From an uncultured Pseudomonadales bacterium (GTDB lineage: Bacteria; Patescibacteriota; Microgenomatia; UBA1400; MFAQ01), in assembly GCA_964648275.1 (NCBI GenBank), contig CAZYOB010000006.1:1-47366 (forward strand): 47,366 nt of DNA. Reading direction: 5' to 3'. The number at the start of each line of letters is the position of its first letter. Positions within the stretch are counted from its first letter, which is position 1. Shown here piece by piece: positions 18,260-27,488 of the stretch. The translations under genes and the position numbers were made by a program. The notes below the pieces were generated by a model. That model was not told where the DNA came from. It did no database searches and worked only from the letters and a program-made list of their open reading frames with translations.

Positions 18260-18961
18260 TTACCCTGTAACGGCTTTAACAACCAGTTGTCCGTTTTTGT
18301 ACTCAAAGATAAAACTAACGTCTTTGTCGGTGTTGTTGGTGATGTACAGATTAGACCTAACACTGTGAGCCTTGTCAAAAGGATCATAGTAGATAGAGAC
18401 ACCCTGAGCTTTAGGCACCTCAGGAATAGCGGCAAAGTCATGGTTCGTGGGGGACTTAACCTCAAGGTTGGCATCCTTGGCAACCCAAGAGATCAAGGAG
18501 GCAAGTTGGCAGACGCCATCTCCATAGAGATAGCCATCAGTCTTGTATCCATCTTGTTTGTTGAATCTGGAGTTAGTGGTTACAACAACTTTTTCCTCGT
18601 ATTCAGGGTATACCTGATCGTGGTAGGCAAAAGCTTCACCTGGTTTAAGAGTAAATTTAGAAGTGAATGGCTGGTCGATTTCTTCCCATTTAATATCCGA
18701 GGCAGATTTTACCCTACCATCAAGATAGGCAATGTTCAAAAGAATGTTGTCTTTGAAGACCTGGCTCACCGATTCGACAGGATAACGATACTCCATAGAG
18801 AATTCTCTTTGAGCCAAGACTACTTCCTCGGACTTGGTTTCGAAAACATGAGGAATGAAGACAGCCGGAGAGAGCAGAGAAGCTGGAATCTCAGGCACGT
18901 TTACCGTTAGTCCAAGAGCGAAACAACCTAAAAATGAAGCTAAGATGATTCTTTGTTTCAT
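18260..18961 (-). CDS. VanW family protein with N-terminal anchor
   Basis: LKPGEAF, GDGVCQLAS, NH, NLYITN motifs. Start placed at MKQR, just downstream of TTGACA-17-TAATAT. Confidence 0.8.
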   Translation of the reverse strand: MKQRIILASFLGCFALGLTVNVPEIPASLLSPAVFIPHVFETKSEEVVLAQREFSMEYRYPVESVSQVFKDNILLNIAYLDGRVKSASDIKWEEIDQPFTSKFTLKPGEAFAYHDQVYPEYEEKVVVTTNSRFNKQDGYKTDGYLYGDGVCQLASLISWVAKDANLEVKSPTNHDFAAIPEVPKAQGVSIYYDPFDKAHSVRSNLYITNNTDKDVSFIFEYKNGQLVVKAVTG

Positions 18962-19026
18962 AAGGGGGTATATTATCACATTATAGGCTCGTTGTCAAAT
19001 CAGGGAGGGGGGTATAATACGACTAT

Positions 19027-19803
19027 ATGAATAAAAATGAAGGCTCGGGGACGATGTCGAGAAGGGACTTTCTGAGACTGTCTCTCGCCGGCGGAGCGGG
19101 GCTGTTCGCGCCTGAGTTCCTGCTTAATACGGTCTCCTATATCAGCCATGGGGACAGAGACTCAAATAAGATAGCTATGACTATTGATGACGGTTGGTAT
19201 CCCGAGAAGGTTGAGCGAGCGCTTGAACTATTGGACGGTACCCCGGCCTCATTCTTTATAGTGGGAGCCTGTTTGCATGACGACCCCAAGCTATATGCCA
19301 AGGCTATTGATAAGGGGTACGAAATATATAACCACACTTTGGATCACACCCACCTGAATAATCCTACCGTTGATATTTCGTACCAAATAAAGGGATGGGA
19401 GCAAGCCTATTCTGAGCTTAACAGGGGTGAGTTTGTAAACAAGCTCATGCGTGCTCCAGCGAATCAGGGTGTCGATGATACGAGTGTGTATAACACCCTT
19501 GGCGGATTAGGCTATAAAGCCATAATGGGCTGGACCTATGGTAGTCCCGGTGTGTACAGCAGATATTCGACCCAAGACGTCATTGACTTTGTCGTGCCTA
19601 AAATGGCTGGGGGGGACATTATCTTAATGCATTTTACTGACAGCGATGTAGGTGCGATACCTGCCATCAAGCAAGCTGCCAAGGATAAAGGATTGGAGCT
19701 TGTAGGGCTAACTGGTCTACCGGGAATGCCAATTTACACACCTAAACCTAAGGAGCTCGTGCCTCAACAAAAGCAACCAAGCATGAAACACACCTCCAAA
19801 TAA
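19027..19803 (+). CDS. Polysaccharide deacetylase (CE4) with twin-arginine-like N-terminus
   Basis: SRRDFL, TIDDG, NHTLDH, MRAP, IILMH. Confidence 0.88.
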   Translation: MNKNEGSGTMSRRDFLRLSLAGGAGLFAPEFLLNTVSYISHGDRDSNKIAMTIDDGWYPEKVERALELLDGTPASFFIVGACLHDDPKLYAKAIDKGYEIYNHTLDHTHLNNPTVDISYQIKGWEQAYSELNRGEFVNKLMRAPANQGVDDTSVYNTLGGLGYKAIMGWTYGSPGVYSRYSTQDVIDFVVPKMAGGDIILMHFTDSDVGAIPAIKQAAKDKGLELVGLTGLPGMPIYTPKPKELVPQQKQPSMKHTSK

Positions 19804-19840
19804 GTATTACAATGGACTTATTACCAGTAATAAGCTCCAT

Positions 19841-20263
19841 ATGTCAGGATTTCATACAAATATCGAGAAGGATACTCTAGAGAATAATTATTTTAGGAAA
19901 GTGCTCTTCACCGGGGTTCACACCCAGTTGGTCTTAATGAGCCTGAAACCCAAGGAGGAAATAGGCATGGAGACGCACGAGGATGTGGATCAGTTTTTTA
20001 GATTTGAAAGCGGGGTAGGGAAGTCAATTTTAAATGGAGAGGAAGCTGATCTAAAAGCCGATGATGTCTTGATCGTGCCTGCAGGAACCGAGCACAATAT
20101 TATCAATACTTCCGAAACCGAGCCACTCAAGATTTATACCCTCTATTCCCCACCAAACCATCCGGTAGGCACAATTCACGTCACTAAGGAGGACGCCGAT
20201 GCTGCAGAGGCTGCAGGGCATGCGACGGCACCCAAAGAAGTTGATTTAGCGCAAAATGAATGA
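19841..20263 (+). CDS. Cupin domain protein
   Basis: EIGMETHEDVDQFF and VPAGTEHNIIN cupin motifs; YSPPNH. Confidence 0.92.
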   Translation: MSGFHTNIEKDTLENNYFRKVLFTGVHTQLVLMSLKPKEEIGMETHEDVDQFFRFESGVGKSILNGEEADLKADDVLIVPAGTEHNIINTSETEPLKIYTLYSPPNHPVGTIHVTKEDADAAEAAGHATAPKEVDLAQNE

Positions 20264-20739
20264 AGGGCAAGATCGATTGGTCAAAGCTCCTCATATCCGT
20301 TGTTTCTGCGATAGCGATAGGTTCAAGCGGAGCATTTTTTACGGCCGGAGCTGTGAGCACATGGTATAGAGATATCAATAAGCCCTTTTTCACTCCCCCA
20401 TCGTGGCTATTCGGGCCAGCATGGACGATCTTGTTCATTTTAATGGGGGTGGCTTTTTATCTGGTTTGGGTCAAGGGATTGAATACCAAGAATGGATCTG
20501 AGGCTTTTCGAGCCTATGTGCTGCAATTCATCTTCAATGTTGCCTGGTCAGGAATTTTTTTCGGAATGGGAGCCTTCTGGCTGGCTTATGCAGAGATACT
20601 GATCCTCTGGTGGCTGATTTACAGGACGATCAAGAGTTTCTCGGTGGTTGACATGTTGGCCGGGAGACTGCTTTTACCCTACCTTGCCTGGGTAACTTTT
20701 GCCTCTTTCTTAAACCTAGGGGTCGCCTGGCTTAATTAA
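20260..20739 (+). CDS. tspO: TspO/MBR tryptophan-rich sensory protein
   Basis: WY..INKPFFTPPSWLFGPAWT, NVAWS, PYLAWVTFA. Confidence 0.95.
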   Translation: MKGKIDWSKLLISVVSAIAIGSSGAFFTAGAVSTWYRDINKPFFTPPSWLFGPAWTILFILMGVAFYLVWVKGLNTKNGSEAFRAYVLQFIFNVAWSGIFFGMGAFWLAYAEILILWWLIYRTIKSFSVVDMLAGRLLLPYLAWVTFASFLNLGVAWLN

Positions 20740-21976
20740 TTAGACCACGTACTTGTCCGAAGCTGATACGATCATGGACGTGATCTTGGGTGTTGGCCAT
20801 TAGAGCCGGAGTGATTACAAAGTTGCCCCAGCGATCGTTGATGTCATCCAAGGTATTGGTGAGCCTATCTTTCCTAAGCGTGTCACTGAAAAGCTCAAGT
20901 TGGATCGTGGATCGGGATGAAAGATTGAAGCAAGAAACAGCCAGATTACGCACCCCCAGGTGATACGATGATCGCTTAAGAAGCTTGTAAGCCACCCGGT
21001 AGATATCCTGACTGGAGAACACAGGCTGAGGAAGGGATACTCCCTGATGAAAGTATTCGTAATTTTCATAAAGCACGGCTAGGTGGATACCCTTGGTCTG
21101 GAAATCCGAGCGGCGCATCCTGAATCCGGTTTTTTCAACAAGCTTGGACAGAATGGGGGCGAGCTCTTCCGGATTTTTTATAAATTTAGGCAGGGAATAT
21201 GAATGACCAAAACTCTTTGTGCCCCAGTCCACATCATCTATCTCCCAGCCGCGCAGGCGCAAAAACCAGTAATAACCAAGGATGGACTTAAAGGCTGAAC
21301 GGAGAAGTGGAATATCAGCCTGGAAAAAGTCATGAACGGAGTAAATCCCCGCACTGTTGAGCCTAATGGCATTTTGTCTATCGATGCCATTAAGATCGGT
21401 GAGGGTGAGACCCTCGTAGACTTGCCAAAAGTTGGCTTTGTTGATTTCATCAAGACCGTCCGGCTTGTGCAGATTAGAAGCTGTTTTAGCCAAGAAACGG
21501 TTCGGGCCCAGGCCAATGGAAACCGTCAGATTGTCCCCCACCTCCTCCTTGATACGATCTTTTATTTCACGAGAGACACCAATCAAGCCTCGAGAGAATG
21601 CCGGGGTGCCTGAAAAGTCCAAAACGAATTCATCGATCGATTTAGGAGTGATCTCCGGCGTGTAATTTGAAAGCAAGTTCCTAAGTTTAATATGGACATT
21701 TCTGTATTTGTCCGCATCAGGTTTGAGAACTATCAGGTTTGGGTATATGAGCCTACCCTCCTTGACCCTCATGCCCACTTTAATCCCGAGGCGCTTGGCT
21801 TCGATGGAAGGGGCTAGGATACAGCCATTGGGTGTGTCGTAGGCAGCGACAGCGATGGGCTTACCTCGAAGAAGAGGGTTGGCCTGCTGTTCCACACTGG
21901 CGAAACAAGAGTTGAGATCGAGGTGCATCACCGCGCTTGGCCTGGAATTGAAATCGAGATTAATTTGGTAGTCCAT
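20732..21976 (-). CDS. dinB: Y-family translesion DNA polymerase (DinB/UmuC-like)
   Basis: HLDLNSCFAS, SIEAK, SIDE, LAKTAS..KPDG, QLELF clamp-binding motif, DINDRWG. Confidence 0.9.
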   Translation of the reverse strand: MDYQINLDFNSRPSAVMHLDLNSCFASVEQQANPLLRGKPIAVAAYDTPNGCILAPSIEAKRLGIKVGMRVKEGRLIYPNLIVLKPDADKYRNVHIKLRNLLSNYTPEITPKSIDEFVLDFSGTPAFSRGLIGVSREIKDRIKEEVGDNLTVSIGLGPNRFLAKTASNLHKPDGLDEINKANFWQVYEGLTLTDLNGIDRQNAIRLNSAGIYSVHDFFQADIPLLRSAFKSILGYYWFLRLRGWEIDDVDWGTKSFGHSYSLPKFIKNPEELAPILSKLVEKTGFRMRRSDFQTKGIHLAVLYENYEYFHQGVSLPQPVFSSQDIYRVAYKLLKRSSYHLGVRNLAVSCFNLSSRSTIQLELFSDTLRKDRLTNTLDDINDRWGNFVITPALMANTQDHVHDRISFGQVRGLIN

Positions 21977-22220
21977 CTGAGATCTCTTCTAATGTCCAAA
22001 AAAGAGTGCTGGTGTCCAGTCTGAGACGGAAGGAGAGCTCTTGCGCAGCAACAGAGAATACATGATGAAGATCCCTGCCTTCCCGGAAGGTGTGATGAAG
22101 TCCTAGTTTGAGAATGGGAAAGACGCGACCATCCCAAAGGATTTTCCTAGGTAAAGAGGTGTGCTTCCTGTGATCGTAAACTAATTCGACGGAAACAGGG
22201 GCGGATATTTTTTGGATCAT
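21960..22220 (-). CDS. Small beta-rich protein coupled to dinB (DUF6504-like)
   Basis: 86 aa with P..I.WDGR..I..L and F.L.LD....WTL pattern; overlaps the dinB start by 17 nt. Confidence 0.75.
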   Translation of the reverse strand: MIQKISAPVSVELVYDHRKHTSLPRKILWDGRVFPILKLGLHHTFREGRDLHHVFSVAAQELSFRLRLDTSTLFWTLEEISDGLPN

Positions 22221-22234
22221 AGCTCTATTTAATA

Positions 22235-22250
22235 CCGAATATTACCCGAA
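22235..22250 (-). promoter_or_regulatory. TTCGG-N6-TTCGG direct repeat, putative LexA (SOS) box
   Basis: TTCGGgtaataTTCGG in the promoter spacer just after TTGATT (-35), upstream of a translesion polymerase operon. Confidence 0.6.
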
Positions 22251-22260
22251 ATCAAGGCGC

Positions 22261-22286
22261 AAAAATACCCCGCGCTTGGCGGGGTA
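22261..22286 (-). terminator. Intrinsic terminator
   Basis: TACCCCGC-caagc-GCGGGGTA followed by TTTTT. Confidence 0.8.
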
Positions 22287-22291
22287 ACATC

Positions 22292-22552
22292 TTATACAAA
22301 AAGGACTAGGAATATCAGGAAGCCGATTAGCCCAGATGCCCCTCCGGCTATGAGATAGATGTAGTTATACTTGTGTGGCTCGAGGACCTTGAGAGAATAG
22401 AACATGCCGATGGAGAGTCCTGAGGCGATTGAGCCTCCGGGAAGGTTAAAGGCAGTCTCGCCAATGAAGGCGAATGTGCTTAAGCCGACTAAAAATCCCA
22501 TCAGAATCGCCAAAAGTATTACATGGACATAATTATTGAAACGCTCATCCAT
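22292..22552 (-). CDS. Small hypothetical membrane protein (3 TM)
   Basis: 86-aa hydrophobic Gly-rich ORF with GAGGAGG SD and a downstream terminator. Confidence 0.7.
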   Translation of the reverse strand: MDERFNNYVHVILLAILMGFLVGLSTFAFIGETAFNLPGGSIASGLSIGMFYSLKVLEPHKYNYIYLIAGGASGLIGFLIFLVLFV

Positions 22553-22564
22553 ATGCCTCCTCTG

Positions 22565-22834
22565 CTACTTAAAAGTGAACCAGGAACCATCACGTTGGTC
22601 AGAATTAAAAGCAACGGACCAACCGGCGTCCGTATACCTGCGAACAATCTCTTTCTGGATCTGACTGTATCCAGGCAGATCGCTGGTTAGGCCTATTTCA
22701 GAATAATAAATGACAGTAATGCCCTCATCTATAAAATATTTGAGCTTTTTGTCGATGACTTCCTCTGCTTCATCGCAGAATGCTTTGACTTCCTGGGCAA
22801 CGGAACTTAGGACATCTTCTTTCCGGATAGCCAT
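22565..22834 (-). CDS. Small hypothetical protein
   Basis: 89-aa ORF with AAGGAGGTGA SD and an upstream TGGTATAAT. Confidence 0.75.
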   Translation of the reverse strand: MAIRKEDVLSSVAQEVKAFCDEAEEVIDKKLKYFIDEGITVIYYSEIGLTSDLPGYSQIQKEIVRRYTDAGWSVAFNSDQRDGSWFTFK

Positions 22835-22899
22835 TAGTCACCTCCTTGGTGATGTAAAAGATCTTAATCAGAATTATACCAAATAAGGGAGATTATGGG

Positions 22900-23160
22900 T
22901 TATTTTTCCCGCTCGACTGAAATGTTGCACTCCCCTATCAAGGCAGCGATGGCGCCGATGGCGGCAAGGACAGGGATGAGAGCCGCTGCAACTACCCCTA
23001 TGGTCAGAGGGAATTGAGCAATCGTTTTCCCATTCTTGTCTTTGATGGTGATGTGGCGGACATTCCCTTGAGCGATTAGCTTCTTGACGGTTTTTACCAA
23101 TGCTTCACCGGAAGTCTTTATTGTCTCTTCAGTCGTGGCCGATTTTTTTGCCTTGGGCAT
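22900..23160 (-). CDS. DUF4342 domain protein
   Basis: VKKLIAQGNVRHITIK, PLTIGV, PVLAAIGAIAAL, C.ISVER. Confidence 0.88.
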   Translation of the reverse strand: MPKAKKSATTEETIKTSGEALVKTVKKLIAQGNVRHITIKDKNGKTIAQFPLTIGVVAAALIPVLAAIGAIAALIGECNISVEREK

Positions 23161-23165
23161 GTTGT

Positions 23166-24347
23166 TTATTTATTTCTTAAAAATGCCGGGATATCTAGAT
23201 CGTCTTCAACTGCCACCTCTTCGTGCTGAATCTTATATTTTCCTCTGAGAGATGAGTTATCTGGTTGTTCTTCTTCCACCGTGGCAAGCGCGGGTGTCGG
23301 CTCATTGATCGGTTGAGGAGTATGGGTTGGAGGGTTGCTGCTGTAATAGTTGCTGGTAGGACTGATAGCCGGAGAATAATGACGACGGAGATCGTCAAAA
23401 CCGGCGGCAATGACGGAAATTTGAATTTCATCGCCCATATCTTCCCTAATGGTAGCCCCGAAGATGATATTGGCGTCGGGATCGGCTTGCTGAGTGATGA
23501 TTGTGGCGGCGTCATTGACTTCACTCATGGTCAAATTTGTACCACCGGTGATATTGAAGAGAATCCCACGTGCACCATCAATACTGATCTCCAGAAGTGG
23601 TGAGCTAACTGCTGCCTGGGCAGCGTTGAGGGCACGTTTTTCTCCGGAAGAGCGGCCTATACCCATGAGGGCTGAGCCGGCGTTAAGCATGACAGACTTT
23701 ACATCAGCAAAATCTACATTTACAAGGCCGGGAATGGTAATCAGATCGGATATACCTTGGACTCCTTGTCCTAGAATTGAGTCAGCCATCTTGAAAGCAT
23801 CTATAAGGGACTGATCTTTTTTGACCACATCCATGAGTCTTTGGTTGGGGATGACAATAAGAGTGTCTACGTTCTCTTTTAGTCTATCTATACCTTCTTC
23901 AGCTTGGACACGTCGACGGGATCCTTCAAAAAGGAATGGTTTGGTGACGACGGCTACTGTGAGTGCTCCTACTTCTTTTCTGGCGATTTCGGCAATTACC
24001 GGAGCTGCACCACTACCCGTACCTCCACCTTCTCCGGCAGTAATGAATACCATGTCTGCACCAGCGAGAACTTCTTTGATCCTTTCACGAGATTCCTCGG
24101 CCGCGGCCTGACCCATGTCAGGGTTGGCACCGGAACCAAGTCCTTTGGTGCTTTTTTCTCCAATCTGAAGTTTAATGTCGGCGTTTGAATTCAAGAGGGC
24201 CTGCATGTCGGTGTTAACGGCAATAAATTCCACTCCTTTTATCTTTCCGGATGAAATCATGGAGTTAACAGCATTGTTCCCTCCTCCTCCTACTCCCAAG
24301 ACTTTAATCTTGGCGAATGTATTTGTGTCTGGTTTTATTAGCCCCAC
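23166..24347 (-). CDS. ftsZ: Cell division protein FtsZ
   Basis: [25 protein letters not shown]-terminal DIPAFLR. Confidence 0.98.
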   Translation of the reverse strand: MGLIKPDTNTFAKIKVLGVGGGGNNAVNSMISSGKIKGVEFIAVNTDMQALLNSNADIKLQIGEKSTKGLGSGANPDMGQAAAEESRERIKEVLAGADMVFITAGEGGGTGSGAAPVIAEIARKEVGALTVAVVTKPFLFEGSRRRVQAEEGIDRLKENVDTLIVIPNQRLMDVVKKDQSLIDAFKMADSILGQGVQGISDLITIPGLVNVDFADVKSVMLNAGSALMGIGRSSGEKRALNAAQAAVSSPLLEISIDGARGILFNITGGTNLTMSEVNDAATIITQQADPDANIIFGATIREDMGDEIQISVIAAGFDDLRRHYSPAISPTSNYYSSNPPTHTPQPINEPTPALATVEEEQPDNSSLRGKYKIQHEEVAVEDDLDIPAFLRNK

Positions 24348-24349
24348 TT

Positions 24350-25621
24350 TTAAGGTAAAAATGATTTGATAAATTCAAGTGCCTTGCCGGCCATGTCCTT
24401 TCCAGGGACCTTCTTGAATATACCAGAGAGTTTAACACCTCCCGCGGAATTTTGGGGCTTTTGTTTGTAACCGTAAAGAATTAGACCGACTGACGCGGCA
24501 TAAATTGGAGTGCTTACTTCGTCAACTATTCCTGAAAGACCGGAAGGAACACCAATTCGGGGAGGTAGTTGCATTACTCTGCGGCAGGACTCGAGAGCTC
24601 CGGCTGTCATGGCCCCGCCTCCGGTAAGGACTACACCTGCCGGTGTTTGACCCTCAAAACCTGATTTCTTTAAAACGTCTCTCAATAGCGAAAATATCTC
24701 ATTAAGGCGTGGTCTGATGATGCCCTCCGTGATCGCTTTGCGGGAACCTGTCTTGAGGTGATCCTCTCTGATACCCAATTTTTCAAAATCAATTTCGTCG
24801 GCCGGTTTATCTCCGTCTCTTTCGCCTTTTCCTTTGGAGAGATAATGCTTGATTCGTTCGGCAGTGTCGATAGATGAGGTGAGACCGATGGCAATATCGT
24901 CGGTTATTTTTCTGGCACCGACAGGAATGACTGCGGAGTAACTGCAGGCACCTTCGATAAAGACACTAATACTGGTGGTGCCGGCGCCGATGTCGGCCAG
25001 AATAACACCAAGTTCTTTCTCGGTCTCGGTGAGCACCGAATGTGAGGATGCCAGACCCGTAAATACTTGTCCGGCAACATTAATTCCCAAATCACTAACA
25101 CAACGAGAGACATTCTTGATAGCAGGTGAGAGACCTGTGACTAAGTGAGCCTCTGTTTCCAGACGAACTCCAGACATGCCAGTAGGATCTTTGATACCTC
25201 TTTGACTATCAACGATAAATTCTCTGGGTAAAACGTGGATTATTTCTCTGGCTGTGGGAAGAGATATGGCTCTGGCAGCTTCGATAACTCTATAAATATC
25301 GTCTTCGGCAATTTCTCCCTCGGATTCGGTGATGGCAACCAACCCTTGGCTATTCTGAGACTGGATATGATCTCCATTTATGGAAACGTAAGCCTGATCA
25401 ATATTGAAACCGGCCATTCTTTCGGCGGCTTCGACGCAGTCCGAAATCGAGCCGACTGCTTCTTCGATGTTGACGATCTGGCCTTTTTTTACTCCCCTAC
25501 TGGGTACGGTGGCGGCTCCGACAAGATTTATTTTTTCTTCTTCTTGAGAAGGAACAGTGATTAAACAAGTAATTTTTCCTGATCCAATGTCGATTGAATT
25601 TACTCCTGTAGGTTTGGCCAT
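24350..25621 (-). CDS. ftsA: Cell division protein FtsA
   Basis: [28 protein letters not shown]; adjacent to ftsZ. Confidence 0.97.
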   Translation of the reverse strand: MAKPTGVNSIDIGSGKITCLITVPSQEEEKINLVGAATVPSRGVKKGQIVNIEEAVGSISDCVEAAERMAGFNIDQAYVSINGDHIQSQNSQGLVAITESEGEIAEDDIYRVIEAARAISLPTAREIIHVLPREFIVDSQRGIKDPTGMSGVRLETEAHLVTGLSPAIKNVSRCVSDLGINVAGQVFTGLASSHSVLTETEKELGVILADIGAGTTSISVFIEGACSYSAVIPVGARKITDDIAIGLTSSIDTAERIKHYLSKGKGERDGDKPADEIDFEKLGIREDHLKTGSRKAITEGIIRPRLNEIFSLLRDVLKKSGFEGQTPAGVVLTGGGAMTAGALESCRRVMQLPPRIGVPSGLSGIVDEVSTPIYAASVGLILYGYKQKPQNSAGGVKLSGIFKKVPGKDMAGKALEFIKSFLP

Positions 25622-25624
25622 AAG

Positions 25625-26464
25625 TTATTTTAAGATTGGGTGCTTAAAGCTAAGGTTTAATACCCTTATATCTTTCTTGATTGTAACTAGATAATCAAGC
25701 GATTGCAAAGACGATTCGACATTTGTAAGAGGCGAATCTACATAAATAATAATATCAGGTAGGTTTTCTTGGCTCAAGAAAATGCGATCGTCAAGTATAT
25801 AGATCTTGGGATTTTCCAAATATCTGTAGGAGAGTGCAATGATCTTATACATACTGGAGATGTGGTTCTCTGAAGGAATGCTGGTGAAGATGTGTTTTAT
25901 AAGGCCTGATTCCGAGGAAACATCCGTAGTGAGACTGCCGTTTTCCCAGAGTTTCTGACTGATCCATTCCAAATCGATGGCAAAACTTTCTATCTCAGGT
26001 ACCGGTCGGCTCCATTGGGCAGATTCAGAGGATGAGCCATACATATCAAGAGAAAGATTCGGTAGTTGAGGAACCTGATAACTGGCAATTGGATAGGCTT
26101 CTTGAACTCCGGTGATACTCACCTCCAATGTATTGGGATAGGAAAAATTATATTTGAGCTCATCGAGAGGAAATATCTGTTTGATGGCCCAATGGAGCTC
26201 TCTCCTATTGATTTTGAAATAGCTATCACCCGACAAGTGCCAAAGTATGCCTTCCACTTCCCTGGGGCAGACCCGACCGTTGACCCGACAATTAATTTTT
26301 TGAATGGTGAGAGCTTTGGCGCCAAAAAATAGAAAGATGATTAGAACTGCAAGAAACGGAATTAATTTTACAAATGATCTGGCTTGATGAAGAGCTGCCT
26401 TCACACGTCGGAATGACCGCTTAGATATATTGGTGGATGATACTGATGATCTTTTTTGTAGCAT
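25625..26464 (-). CDS. Divergent FtsQ/DivIB-like bitopic protein
   Basis: Basic N-terminus, one TM, POTRA-like YPNTLEVSI segment, C-terminal LNLSFKHP; lies between murG and ftsA. Confidence 0.6.
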   Translation of the reverse strand: MLQKRSSVSSTNISKRSFRRVKAALHQARSFVKLIPFLAVLIIFLFFGAKALTIQKINCRVNGRVCPREVEGILWHLSGDSYFKINRRELHWAIKQIFPLDELKYNFSYPNTLEVSITGVQEAYPIASYQVPQLPNLSLDMYGSSSESAQWSRPVPEIESFAIDLEWISQKLWENGSLTTDVSSESGLIKHIFTSIPSENHISSMYKIIALSYRYLENPKIYILDDRIFLSQENLPDIIIYVDSPLTNVESSLQSLDYLVTIKKDIRVLNLSFKHPILK

Positions 26465-27488
26465 CTATGGGTAGTTTTACACTGGGTTTCACCTTGGGTG
26501 ACTTACCCAATTCAATGATAGCTTTTAAGAGGGATTCCGGGGTGAGATCTTTCTCTTCGAGAATAAGACTGCCGGTGTTTTTAGCAACCAGCTGCGCGTT
26601 CAGCAGTTGTTCGTTGTGAGATACCCAGGGAATGGGAATAAGAATGGCTCTTTTTCCAAGGACTAAAAGTTCGTAACTATTATGAGCGCCAGCCCGGCTG
26701 ACGATGATCTTGGCAGATCTAAGGTAGGTGGCCGCTTGTTGAGCAAAGAAATACGGGGCGTACTGATAACGATCTCTCAGATCTCCAAGCTTATCTTTTA
26801 ACCGACGAGCTTTTTCCATATCTTTTGTTTCAGTGTTCGCTCCGGTCTGGTGGACGACCGTATACTTTTTGACGAGTTCGGGGATGATGGGGAATATTTC
26901 CTGATTGATTACGTGCGATCCTTGTTTTCCACAAGTAATGTAAATAAGTGGCGGGGAAAATGCCTTAGTGTATTTTCTGGAGAGGATCTCTTTGCGAACC
27001 GGCAGGCCTACAACTACCGATTTTCCCTTGGGAAAATTCTTTAACGATGACTCATGAGTAAGTAAAATTTTTCTGACAAAAGGGGAAATGGCTCTGTTCG
27101 CCCAACCGGCAACAACAGTTTGTTCATGAGTAAGAGATGGGATACTAAGCAACCAACCGGTGATAACAATGGGGACGGAAAGATAGCCGCCGGACGAAAA
27201 AATCAGTGACGGACGATATCTGATTAAGTAGAGCAAGGACTGAATGAAGCCGAAGGCGATCATCAGCCAATCACCACCGGACTTTCGATAAAATTTGCCG
27301 GTTTTTAACTCAAGAAACTTAATATTGGAAGCGGTGACTTCCTGGTACTCGGCAGAAAGACTTTTGTCCCCCCGGGAGGTGAACTTATGGCCAAACCAAA
27401 TTATTTGATACCCCTCTTTCCTTAATTCTTTGGCAACAACGAGAGCGCTATTGTGATGTCCACCGGTAAAGGCGATTGTTGGTTTCAT
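26421..27488 (-). CDS. murG: MurG (GT28 lipid II GlcNAc transferase)
   Basis: TGGH, GGYLS.P, HEQ..GWAN, GLPVR, SRAGA, EQ..NA; dcw context. Confidence 0.9.
   Translation of the reverse strand: MKPTIAFTGGHHNSALVVAKELRKEGYQIIWFGHKFTSRGDKSLSAEYQEVTASNIKFLELKTGKFYRKSGGDWLMIAFGFIQSLLYLIRYRPSLIFSSGGYLSVPIVITGWLLSIPSLTHEQTVVAGWANRAISPFVRKILLTHESSLKNFPKGKSVVVGLPVRKEILSRKYTKAFSPPLIYITCGKQGSHVINQEIFPIIPELVKKYTVVHQTGANTETKDMEKARRLKDKLGDLRDRYQYAPYFFAQQAATYLRSAKIIVSRAGAHNSYELLVLGKRAILIPIPWVSHNEQLLNAQLVAKNTGSLILEEKDLTPESLLKAIIELGKSPKVKPSVKLPIDATKKIISIIHQYI

Noticed and set aside
18257-18910. 217-aa plus-strand ORF
   Set aside because: Antisense shadow of the VanW-family gene; no recognisable motifs.
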